This document shows, in pieces, positions 1-8,047 of a stretch of DNA of 64,000 bases. Position 1 is the stretch's first letter. Each line of letters starts with the position of its first letter. The notes beneath the pieces are model-generated. The model saw only the letters and a program-made list of their open reading frames with translations, did not search any database and was not told the origin of the DNA. The stretch is taken from NCBI GenBank assembly GCA_045579745.1, contig JAZNMQ010000072.1:10358-74357 (forward strand). The letters run 5' to 3'. This DNA comes from Candidatus Flemingiibacterium sp. GTDB lineage: Bacteria > Bacillota > Clostridia > Oscillospirales > CAG-272. The translations under genes and the position numbers were made by a program.

Positions 1-1
1 T

Positions 2-1552
2 TCAAATTGCTCCGCGCTTATAGATATTACCATTCCGAATACAGTTACACATATTGGCATTGAGGTGTTTAAGGAGTGCTATTCTCTGAATAATATTTTC
101 GTTGATTCGTCGAATCCATCCTTTACATCGGTTGACGGTGTGCTGTTTTCAAAGGATAAGTCTGTGCTTATCAGATATCCGTCCGATAAGATCGGTCAGA
201 CATATACTGTTCCGAACGCTGTGAAAGAGATAAGTACGGGTGCTTTTGAAGCGGCGTGGGATCTTTTGGATATAACGCTTCATGACGGCATAACAAAAAT
301 TGGATATCATGCATTTTATAAGACAGTACCCTATAATGATAGCAGTAAGGTTTACAACGGATGTTTTTATTTGGGAAACCATCTGATTATTGCGAAAAAC
401 CAATCTATGACCTCTTGCACTGTAAAAAAAGGTACGAAGACGATTGCGGATGGTGCCTTTGTTTCAGTTGACAAGTTGCAACGGGTAAGCTTGCCTGAGG
501 GGCTTTTATCCATTGGCGAAAATGCGTTTTCCTGGTGCGGTTCCCTTAAAAGCATTTATATTCCAAAGAGCGTTACAAGAATCGAGAACAGCGCATTTTA
601 TGATTGTAACGCCATTGTGAGCGTTTTTTATTCAGGAAGCTCTTCCGAACGTAGCAAAATAACGGTAGGAATTCAAAATGAAAGGCTAACCGGTGCATCT
701 TGGAAATATAACACCTGTTACGACGGAAAGGATCACAATTTCAAATCTGAAGTCATTACCAAAAACGCCACCTGCACTAAGGTTGGCGAAAAGAATATGA
801 CCTGTTCTGTTTGTGCTGCAGTTGTTACCGAGAAGATAGACGCGACGGGACATAAGTATGGGCAGTGGTCTCAGACAAAGGCGCCTACCTGTGTATCAAC
901 GGGCACAAAGGAAAGAAGTTGTACTGTCTGCAACCACCTTGAATCAATAGCAGTTCCTGTTTTGGGGCATGTCTACGGACCATGGGTGGTCGAAATTGAG
1001 GCTTCGTGTGAAGATGTAGGTGTTGAAAAGCGAACATGCGTGCTGTGTCAGGGGGTTGAAGCTCAGAATATTGAACCTAAGGGACATAATTATCAAGAAT
1101 GGAGTGTTGACACGAAGCCAACATGTACTGAAGAAGGACTGGAAAAGAAATCTTGCAGTAATTGTGATTTGTTTGAAGCTCGTGCTCTTTCCGCTTTGGG
1201 ACATAGTTACCAAGAATGGATTGTTGACACGGAGCCAACATGTACTGAAGAAGGACTGGAAAAGAAATCTTGCAGTAATTGTGATTCGTTTGAAGCTCGC
1301 GCTCTTCCCGCTTTGGGACATTCTTATGGCGAGCCCGAGATTGTAAAGAAGCCAACCTTTTTTGCAACAGGATTTGCGGACGCTGTTTGTGAGAAATGCG
1401 GAGATGTTAAAACGACGTCGCTCGATAAGTTGGATCCTAAAGAATATATAAATATAATATGCACTTGTATAGTTGTCGCAGTTGCACTGATCGCGGTTGT
1501 TATCGTATACATTATAATTAAAAAGAGAAAGGCAAATTTGCCTAAAACATAA
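2..1552 (+). CDS. BspA-like leucine-rich repeat (LRR_5/TpLRR) surface protein with Cys/His-rich repeats and C-terminal membrane anchor; 5'-truncated by the window
   Basis: Frame is open from position 2 (SNCSALIDITIPNTVTHIGIEVF...), so the ORF-track start at 65 is internal. TpLRR units such as SLPEGLLSIGENAFSWC; six H-x(n)-C-x(n)-CxxC units; C-terminal hydrophobic helix followed by KKRK. Confidence 0.85.
   Translation, partial: SNCSALIDITIPNTVTHIGIEVFKECYSLNNIFVDSSNPSFTSVDGVLFSKDKSVLIRYPSDKIGQTYTVPNAVKEISTGAFEAAWDLLDITLHDGITKIGYHAFYKTVPYNDSSKVYNGCFYLGNHLIIAKNQSMTSCTVKKGTKTIADGAFVSVDKLQRVSLPEGLLSIGENAFSWCGSLKSIYIPKSVTRIENSAFYDCNAIVSVFYSGSSSERSKITVGIQNERLTGASWKYNTCYDGKDHNFKSEVITKNATCTKVGEKNMTCSVCAAVVTEKIDATGHKYGQWSQTKAPTCVSTGTKERSCTVCNHLESIAVPVLGHVYGPWVVEIEASCEDVGVEKRTCVLCQGVEAQNIEPKGHNYQEWSVDTKPTCTEEGLEKKSCSNCDLFEARALSALGHSYQEWIVDTEPTCTEEGLEKKSCSNCDSFEARALPALGHSYGEPEIVKKPTFFATGFADAVCEKCGDVKTTSLDKLDPKEYINIICTCIVVAVALIAVVIVYIIIKKRKANLPKT
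1081..1321 (+). repeat. Intragenic 117-bp tandem duplication (two near-identical 39-codon units)
   Basis: GGGACAT recurs at 1081, 1198 and 1315; the units encode GH(N/S)YQEW.VDT.PTCTEEGLEKKSCSNCD.FEARAL.AL. Confidence 0.95.
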
Positions 1553-1676
1553 AAGTGACGCGCGATGAGATTCCGCTTCGGGAGGAGAGGAGGATTTCAT
1601 CCAGACTTGTTTGAATTTCATCATGCTTACACGATTTTAGTAAAAAGTGAAAGTTGCAATTTTGTCCTATAACCCA

Positions 1677-1706
1677 AAAAATCCTGCACGAAAGTGCGGG
1701 ATTTTT
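1677..1706 (+). terminator. Intrinsic terminator downstream of the LRR gene
   Basis: AAAAATCCTGCAC-GAAA-GTGCGGGATTTTT hairpin with A/T tails. Confidence 0.75.
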
Positions 1707-2013
1707 ACTTTTCACCTATTCACTATTCACTTTTCACGAAAATTGCAGGATTTTTGAAAGTAATAGGTAAGAAGTAATAGCGAAGAAGTGAGCTTGATTT
1801 GCTTTACAAATCTTCATTATTGTGCTATGACCCCATATTGGTGCAACAAAAATGAACCTCAGCACAAAATTCCTTGTATTACAAGGGCTTTTCGTGTTTT
1901 TAGGGGTAAAAACAGCCTTCTTTCACCATTGCACCCTTTCTTCGACCTTATGGACTTGGACCTGCGACTTTTTGTTGTCACGCTGTGCGTGACAAATTTC
2001 CCTATTTTTTTGG

Positions 2014-2042
2014 TTGACATATTATTATGAAAATGATATAAT
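2014..2042 (+). promoter_or_regulatory. sigmaA promoter with extended -10
   Basis: TTGACA-N17-TATAAT with TG at -15/-14, upstream of RBS GAGGGGG and ATG 2076. Confidence 0.85.
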
Positions 2043-2075
2043 AATGATAAACAAACAACCGAGGGGGATGTTACG

Positions 2076-3092
2076 ATGACACTTGGTCAAAGAATACAAC
2101 AAATACGAATTGAACATAGTCTTTCGCAAGAGGATTTTGCAGAGAAGCTTGGAACAACACGACAAACTGTTTCACGATGGGAGCTTGATCAGACCTATCC
2201 CGAAATAGCCAAAATTGTACTTATAAGTAAGGTCTTTTCGGTCACCACGGACTCCTTATTGAAAGACGGAATAAGCACATTTGATACGGATGTCGACTAT
2301 TTCACTTGTGGTGTTTATCGAGGCACGAATTGTGAGATAGTTGAAACCGAAAAGTTTGCACTGGTGTTCTATTATTCTCCTGATAAAAATATATTAGGAG
2401 CCAAGCTCTATAAGGGATACGAGAATAAAAAGCATTTGGTTGCCATTTGTGAAAGAAATCTGCTTGACGAAAAAACAGAATACGCATATTTTGTTGATGA
2501 TAGTGATCCGCATACTGCAATTATAAATAGTGAACTTGTATCGGGTCTTGGCGCAGCTTGGAATCCTGATATAAAAAAATCCATGCGTCGTTTGGAAAGC
2601 TTTATTGTTGATCATAGCGGTACTCCTTTACCATCAGTAAAAGATGCGGGAATACCCAAATGTCTAACATTGTGGAGAATGGCTGATAGCTATCATGCAA
2701 CACATGATGAGTTCCACTTTTTCTTGTGTACGGGTAAAACAGAGTATATATTCTCAATAAAGCCTCAAGATACAAACATATATTGCGGTGCATCTTATAA
2801 TATTGTATTTGATCTCGGTTTGTTTAGTGGCGGTCAGTTTTTTAGAATACGCAATTACAAGGATAACCGCGAGAAATGGTGCCGGTTCCATTGCGATTTT
2901 ACTTGTGAATCAAGAGAAATAAAAATCCCTACCGATGAATGTGAGCTGGGTAAGTGTCTTCAAACAAAGAAAGGACTTATGTGGTGTGTAAAACGGTATA
3001 GCGATGATGAAATTGTGCTGCAGGGGTGCGGTGACGATGAATATATTTATCGTCGAACAGATAAGAGAACCGAGCAGTTTACAACAATATAA
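2076..3092 (+). CDS. XRE-family HTH regulator with a large uncharacterised C-terminal region
   Basis: N-terminus MTLGQRIQQIRIEHSLSQEDFAEKLGTTRQTVSRWE is a typical HTH_3; I do not recognise the remaining ~270 aa. Confidence 0.75.
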   Translation: MTLGQRIQQIRIEHSLSQEDFAEKLGTTRQTVSRWELDQTYPEIAKIVLISKVFSVTTDSLLKDGISTFDTDVDYFTCGVYRGTNCEIVETEKFALVFYYSPDKNILGAKLYKGYENKKHLVAICERNLLDEKTEYAYFVDDSDPHTAIINSELVSGLGAAWNPDIKKSMRRLESFIVDHSGTPLPSVKDAGIPKCLTLWRMADSYHATHDEFHFFLCTGKTEYIFSIKPQDTNIYCGASYNIVFDLGLFSGGQFFRIRNYKDNREKWCRFHCDFTCESREIKIPTDECELGKCLQTKKGLMWCVKRYSDDEIVLQGCGDDEYIYRRTDKRTEQFTTI

Positions 3093-3141
3093 AATTTCAT
3101 ACTTTGTTAAGGTTCGAATTTGTTGTGTTGTCCCAAAAGAG

Positions 3142-3189
3142 AGAAATCCGAAATTATTACCAATCGGTGATGGTTTCGGATTTCTTTTT
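3142..3189 (+). terminator. Intrinsic terminator
   Basis: AGAAATCCGAAA...TTTCGGATTTCT followed by a T-run. Confidence 0.7.
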
Positions 3190-3296
3190 GTTTGAACTAA
3201 TAATGGCGCGCCAAACGCTGCTGCGGTCATATTCAACAATGCAGCACAAATTGGGTTGGCTATTATTCCTAAAAATCGTTAATTAAAAGACTTATG

Positions 3297-3325
3297 TTGA
3301 CTAAAAAGCTTTGCAATGCTATAAT
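3297..3325 (+). promoter_or_regulatory. sigmaA promoter of the etfB operon
   Basis: TTGACT-N17-TATAAT with extended TG. Confidence 0.8.
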
Positions 3326-3358
3326 AGAGTATATTAGTATCGAAATAGGAGCAGAAAC

Positions 3359-4147
3359 ATGAACATTTTGGTGTGTATTAAGCAGGTTCCGGGCTCAAGC
3401 AATGTTGAAGTTGATCCCGTAACCGGCGTTTTAAAAAGAAGCGGCGTGCAAAGCAAAATGAACCCGTATGACTTGTACGCTATCGAGCTTGCACTTTCAT
3501 TGCGAGAGAAATTCGGCGGCCGAGTTGAATGTATTACGATGGGGCCGCCTCAGGCAAAAGCTGTCGTGATTGAAGCGATTTGTATGGGCGTTGACAGCGG
3601 AACTGTGCTTTCGGATAGAAAATTTGCGGGTGCGGATGTTCTTGCAACCGCATATACAATTTCTCAGGGTATAAAAATTTGCGGAGAGTTCGATCTGATT
3701 CTCTGCGGAAAGCAAACAACCGACGGTGATACAGCGCAGGTTGGAGCGGAGGTCGCAGAGTATTTATCTATACCGAACATTTCAAATGTTATCTCTGTGG
3801 ACGCGCTCGAAAAAGATAAGCTTTATCTGACCTGCTCGCTTGATAACAAAACGATCAAAGAGAGCATCAAGATGCCATGCCTTATTTCAATGGATTCGGA
3901 TGTTAACTCGCCCCGTCTTCCTTCCTTTAAGGTTAAGCAGAGTATTGACGAATCGCTCGTTCGGTTTTTATCCTTTGAGGATTTTGAAGATCAAAACGAG
4001 AAGCATTACGGGCTTTCGGGCTCCGCAACGCAGGTAGAACGCATATTTCCGCCCGAGGTCAACAAGGAAAAAGCGGAAATATCGGGTACGGCAGAGGAAC
4101 AGGCTGGACAGCTTCGTATGCTGCTTGACAAGCTCAAGATGATATAA
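3359..4147 (+). CDS. etfB: Electron transfer flavoprotein beta subunit (LctB/FixA-like)
   Basis: MNILVCIKQVP, MNPYDLYAIE, TMGPPQA, DRKFAGADVLATAY, GKQTTDGDTAQVG motifs. Confidence 0.95.
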   Translation: MNILVCIKQVPGSSNVEVDPVTGVLKRSGVQSKMNPYDLYAIELALSLREKFGGRVECITMGPPQAKAVVIEAICMGVDSGTVLSDRKFAGADVLATAYTISQGIKICGEFDLILCGKQTTDGDTAQVGAEVAEYLSIPNISNVISVDALEKDKLYLTCSLDNKTIKESIKMPCLISMDSDVNSPRLPSFKVKQSIDESLVRFLSFEDFEDQNEKHYGLSGSATQVERIFPPEVNKEKAEISGTAEEQAGQLRMLLDKLKMI

Positions 4148-4156
4148 GGTGGTTAG

Positions 4157-4289
4157 CGTGAAAAATAGATTTTTCACGCCGGGTTTTGTGGCTTTCGCTG
4201 CTTTGTAGCAGCGATTTTGCTCCGCAAAACCACCCACAATTCCCAAAATAAGGAAGCTTTCGCTAACGCGAAAGCCATGGTGATTTAAT
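4157..4289 (+). repeat. Structured repeat element, copy A (between etfB and etfA)
   Basis: Four hairpins (CGTGAAAAA/TTTTTCACG; CGCTGCT/AGCAGCG; TTTTGC/GCAAAA; GCTTTCGC/GCGAAAGC); highly similar to 28525-28673 and partly to 22735-22834. Confidence 0.85.
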
Positions 4290-5480
4290 ATGGCACAATT
4301 GAAAATAAATCAAAATCAAATAACGCCCGAGCTTGCAAAGACGCTTGTTCAGAGCTGTCCGTTTGGAGCGATTCAATTTGAAAACAATACGCTCAGCATA
4401 AGCTCGGCATGCAAGATGTGCAAAATATGCGTAAAGCGCAGCAGCGGTGCAGTTGAGTATATAAGCGACGAGGCTCCGACAATAGATAAAGCTCTTTGGC
4501 GCGGTATTTGCGTGTATGCTGACTGCCGCGACGGAGAGATTCACCGCGTTACATACGAGCTCTGCGGCAAGGCGCAGGAGCTTTCACAGGTCACCGGACA
4601 CCCGATTTATGTTTTATTAATCGGTCACAACATTGAAAATGCGGCAAAAAAACTGCTCCACTACGGAGTCGACAAAATTTTTGTATATGATGATCCTGCA
4701 TACGAGCACTTTAAAATAGAGCCCTATGCGGCGGCATTTTACGACTTTATTGAAAAGGTCAAGCCATCATCTGTTTTGATCGGCGCAACAGCTCTCGGAA
4801 GACAGCTTGCACCGAGAGTTGCGGCTCGTTGCCGCGCAGGCCTGACTGCCGACTGTACGGTGCTTCAAATGAAGGAAAATACGGACTTGGTTCAAATTCG
4901 CCCTGCCTTCGGCGGCAATATAATGGCGCAGATTGTATCTTCAAACACGCGCCCTCAGTTCTGCACGGTCAGGTATAAGGTTTTTTCAGAGCCTAAGCCT
5001 CAAGCCTCGACAAAGGGCGAGATCGTCAATATGGAGCTGTCCGCTGAAAAGCTTGCGTCTGACATTGATGTGTTGAGCATATTTGAAAAGCCGACGGATG
5101 TTGATATTGCAGAGGCGGATGTCATTGTTGCGATCGGAAGAGGCGCGCAAAGCGAGGGAATGATTGCTCAGGCAAAGGAGCTTTGCGGCTTGCTCGGCGG
5201 AGTGCTTGCATGCACAAGGCCGCTTGCCGAGAGTGGTGTCTTCGATTCCAAGCATCAGATCGGACTTTCGGGAAGAACCGTTAAGCCTAAGTTCATCATT
5301 TGTCTTGGCATTTCGGGTGCGGTACAATTCGCAGCAGGAATGAAATCCTCGGATGTGATCGTAGCGGTAAACTCCGATAAAAATGCACCGATTTTTGATG
5401 TGGCTCATTACTGCGTTATAGGCGATGTCGGAGAAATTGTGCCGAAGCTTATTGCAAAAATCAAGGAGGCGAAGCAATGA
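4290..5480 (+). CDS. etfA: Electron transfer flavoprotein alpha subunit with N-terminal ferredoxin-like [4Fe-4S] domain (LctC-like)
   Basis: N-terminal SCPFGA and CKMCKIC; [48 protein letters not shown]. Confidence 0.92.
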   Translation: MAQLKINQNQITPELAKTLVQSCPFGAIQFENNTLSISSACKMCKICVKRSSGAVEYISDEAPTIDKALWRGICVYADCRDGEIHRVTYELCGKAQELSQVTGHPIYVLLIGHNIENAAKKLLHYGVDKIFVYDDPAYEHFKIEPYAAAFYDFIEKVKPSSVLIGATALGRQLAPRVAARCRAGLTADCTVLQMKENTDLVQIRPAFGGNIMAQIVSSNTRPQFCTVRYKVFSEPKPQASTKGEIVNMELSAEKLASDIDVLSIFEKPTDVDIAEADVIVAIGRGAQSEGMIAQAKELCGLLGGVLACTRPLAESGVFDSKHQIGLSGRTVKPKFIICLGISGAVQFAAGMKSSDVIVAVNSDKNAPIFDVAHYCVIGDVGEIVPKLIAKIKEAKQ

Positions 5481-6874
5481 TGTATCAGAGTGTGACGCTT
5501 GAAGATGTAAAGCGCCTCGAGAGCATCGTCGGAGAGAGTGAAGTCCTTTACGGTGACCAAATCAGCCTCGATTATGCTCACGACGAGCTGGGCGGAATTG
5601 AGAAAATGCCTGAGGTGCTTGTCAGAGTTCGCTCGACCGAGGAAGTCAGCGAGGTGATGAAGCTCGCATATTCAAGAGGAATTCCGGTTACTGTCAGAGG
5701 AAGCGGCACGGGTCTTGTAGGTGCGGCAGTTGCCATTGAGGGCGGAATTATGCTTGAAACGACCAAGATGAATAAAATCATCACGCTTGATAAGAGCAAT
5801 TTAACCGTTACAGTTCAGCCGGGTGTTCTTTTAATGGAGCTCGCGGCATTTGCAGAGGAGAACGATTTCCTTTATCCGCCAGATCCGGGTGAAAAATCCG
5901 CAACAATCGGCGGAAATATTTCAACAAATGCAGGCGGAATGCGTGCGGTCAAATATGGCGTTACAAGGGATTATGTCAGAGAGCTGACCGTTGTAATGCC
6001 AAACGGTGAGATATTAAAGCTCGGTGCAAGGGTTGCCAAAAACAGCTCGGGCTATAGCCTCAAGGATTTAGTAGTGGGCTCCGAGGGGACGCTTTGCATA
6101 ATTTGCGAGGCGGTTTTAAAGCTGATCCCTCTGCCTAAGGTTACGATCAGCTTGCTCGTTCCGTTCGCGGATATGAAAAGCGCAATCGAAGCAGTTCCGA
6201 AAATTATCTGCTCAAAGATAACGCCGACGGCGATCGAATATCTTTCACGGGATACTATCCTGTTTTCCGAAAGCTATCTCGGCAAGAAATTTCCCGATAC
6301 CAAGAGCGATGCGTACATTCTTTTAACCTTCGACGGTAACACCGAGGAGCAGGTTGAAGCTGATATGAGCGCGGTTGCAAATCTCTGCCTTGAAATCGGT
6401 GCGCTTGATGCGTATATCGTTGATACAGAGGAGAGAAAGAAGGCTGTATGGTCGGCAAGAGGCGCGTTCCTTGAAGCGATAAAAGCTTCTACTACAGAAA
6501 TGGACGAATGCGATGTTGTTGTTCCCGGAAACAAGGTTGATGAATTTATCAAGTTTACCCATTCACTTTCCGACGAAATGAATATTCGTATTCCGAGCTT
6601 CGGTCATGCGGGCGACGGAAATCTGCACGTTTATATTTGCCGCGATCAGCTGTCCGACGAGGAATGGGAGAAAAAGCTTGCAATTTGCTTTGATCGAATG
6701 TATGCAAAGGCTGATGAGCTTGGAGGACTCGTTTCGGGTGAGCACGGCATAGGCTATTCCAAGAAGGAATACCTTAAAAAGCAGCTCGGCGAAACTCCGA
6801 TCGCCCTTATGCAGGCTATCAAGCAGGCATTTGACCCCAAGAATATTCTTAATCCGGGGAAAATTTGTTTTTGA
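5477..6874 (+). CDS. FAD-linked 2-hydroxyacid dehydrogenase (GlcD/LctD family; likely Etf-coupled lactate dehydrogenase)
   Basis: [76 protein letters not shown]; overlaps etfA stop (ATGA). Confidence 0.88.
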   Translation: MMYQSVTLEDVKRLESIVGESEVLYGDQISLDYAHDELGGIEKMPEVLVRVRSTEEVSEVMKLAYSRGIPVTVRGSGTGLVGAAVAIEGGIMLETTKMNKIITLDKSNLTVTVQPGVLLMELAAFAEENDFLYPPDPGEKSATIGGNISTNAGGMRAVKYGVTRDYVRELTVVMPNGEILKLGARVAKNSSGYSLKDLVVGSEGTLCIICEAVLKLIPLPKVTISLLVPFADMKSAIEAVPKIICSKITPTAIEYLSRDTILFSESYLGKKFPDTKSDAYILLTFDGNTEEQVEADMSAVANLCLEIGALDAYIVDTEERKKAVWSARGAFLEAIKASTTEMDECDVVVPGNKVDEFIKFTHSLSDEMNIRIPSFGHAGDGNLHVYICRDQLSDEEWEKKLAICFDRMYAKADELGGLVSGEHGIGYSKKEYLKKQLGETPIALMQAIKQAFDPKNILNPGKICF

Positions 6875-6894
6875 GTAAACAAGGAGATTTATTA

Positions 6895-7710
6895 ATGAAA
6901 GACATTTTAACAGCACCTTTTGTGGATGAAATGAAGAAGGTTACTGCCAACATGTACAGACTCGGCTGGGACGAGCGCAACGGCGGAAATATCAGCTACA
7001 TGCTCGAGAATGAGCAGGTTGCAGAGTATTTGGACCTTGACACGGTAATTCGCAGAATACCGATGGGTTTTGATGCAACCGAGCTTATCGGCAAAATATT
7101 TATTGTTACCGGAACGGGCAAGTACTTTAAAAATGTTGAGTGCGACCCCGAAACAAACCTCGGCATTATCCGTATAGCAAAGGACGGTACAACTGCTGAG
7201 CTGCTGTGGGGATATAAGGACGGCGGAAAATTCACAAGTGAGCTTCCCGCGCATTTGATGAGCCATATCGCAAGACTCAAGCAGGATCCTGATCACAGAA
7301 TTGTCATGCACACTCACCCGACAAATATTCTTGCAATGACACATATTCATGAGCTTGATGATAAGAAGTTCACTCATACTATTTGGGAAATGTGCACAGA
7401 ATGTGTTATCGTTTTCCCGGACGGTATCGGGGTGCTCCCATGGATGGTTTGCGGTACAGAGGAAATTGGTATTGCTACGGCAGAAAAGATGAAGGAGTTC
7501 AGGCTCGTTGTTTGGGGACTTCACGGAATTTACGGTGCAGGCAAGGACATGGACGAAACCTTCGGTCTTATTGAAACCGTCGAAAAGGCGGCTGAGCTCT
7601 ACATGCTTATCGCTCATCTGCCTCGCATAAACACTATGACAGATTCCGATCTGAAGGCTGCAGCCAATTCATACGGAGCCGAACCAAGAGCGGACTTTTT
7701 GGATCTGTAA
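6895..7710 (+). CDS. rhaD: Rhamnulose-1-phosphate aldolase (class II aldolase)
   Basis: GWDERNGGNIS, TGTGKYF, FTSELPAH, HTHPTN, PWMVCGTEEIG, WGLHGI; RBS AAGGAG before ATG 6895. Confidence 0.92.
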   Translation: MKDILTAPFVDEMKKVTANMYRLGWDERNGGNISYMLENEQVAEYLDLDTVIRRIPMGFDATELIGKIFIVTGTGKYFKNVECDPETNLGIIRIAKDGTTAELLWGYKDGGKFTSELPAHLMSHIARLKQDPDHRIVMHTHPTNILAMTHIHELDDKKFTHTIWEMCTECVIVFPDGIGVLPWMVCGTEEIGIATAEKMKEFRLVVWGLHGIYGAGKDMDETFGLIETVEKAAELYMLIAHLPRINTMTDSDLKAAANSYGAEPRADFLDL

Positions 7711-7716
7711 AAACGA

Positions 7717-7767
7717 CTCACATTCTAGCCACGACTTTGTTTGGTTGGAATGTGAGCTTTTCTTTTT
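7717..7767 (+). terminator. Terminator of the etf-rhaD operon
   Basis: CTCACATTCTAGCC/GGTTGGAATGTGAG stem followed by T-rich tail. Confidence 0.75.
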
Positions 7768-7842
7768 CTATGCCGCGGCAGGTCGGGGTTTTAAAGATAG
7801 TTTTCTGTGCTTTGTAATAAAACTTAAAAATTCCATAGATTG

Positions 7843-7871
7843 TTGACAAATAAGGTATTACATGCTATAAT
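7843..7871 (+). promoter_or_regulatory. sigmaA promoter upstream of dxs
   Basis: TTGACA-N17-TATAAT with extended TG. Confidence 0.85.
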
Positions 7872-7916
7872 TAAGTTAGAGAATTATTTGACTTGTTAGA
7901 TAATTGCAGTTTTTCA

Positions 7917-7953
7917 GGGGAGTGTGTGTAGCATATGCACTCTCCCGTTTTTT
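7917..7953 (+). terminator. Terminator-like hairpin inside the dxs leader
   Basis: GGGGAGTGTGTGT/ATATGCACTCTCCC stem (several G-U pairs) then GTTTTTT. Confidence 0.55.
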
Positions 7954-8047
7954 AGGATATATACAGTGTGAAAGTGATTGTTCGGACAATCATAATCGCA
8001 CAGAAATCAAGAGATTAAAGAAGTTTATCTCCGAAGAGAGGGCATAA

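Noticed and set aside
1081-1321. Regular repeats that could be mistaken for a CRISPR array
   Set aside because: The units are 117 bp, in frame within a CDS, and have no unique spacers; no cas genes are present in the window.
1581-1598. GGAGGAGAGGAGGATTTC, resembling the reverse complement of a tRNA-Ser 3' end
   Set aside because: There is no intact T-loop, CCA or cloverleaf; too short to call a tRNA or att site.
1952-1968. GGACTTGGACCTGCGAC, resembling a reverse-strand tRNA T-arm
   Set aside because: It lacks the TTC T-loop consensus and the acceptor and anticodon arms; kept only as weak context for a possible island scar.
1788-2030. 80-aa ORF in the ORF track
   Set aside because: It has no RBS, overlaps the XRE promoter, and shows no protein-like features.
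7711-8047. OLE RNA, which is often located near dxs in Bacillota
   Set aside because: The region is far shorter than ~600 nt, and no oapA/ispA genes are adjacent.
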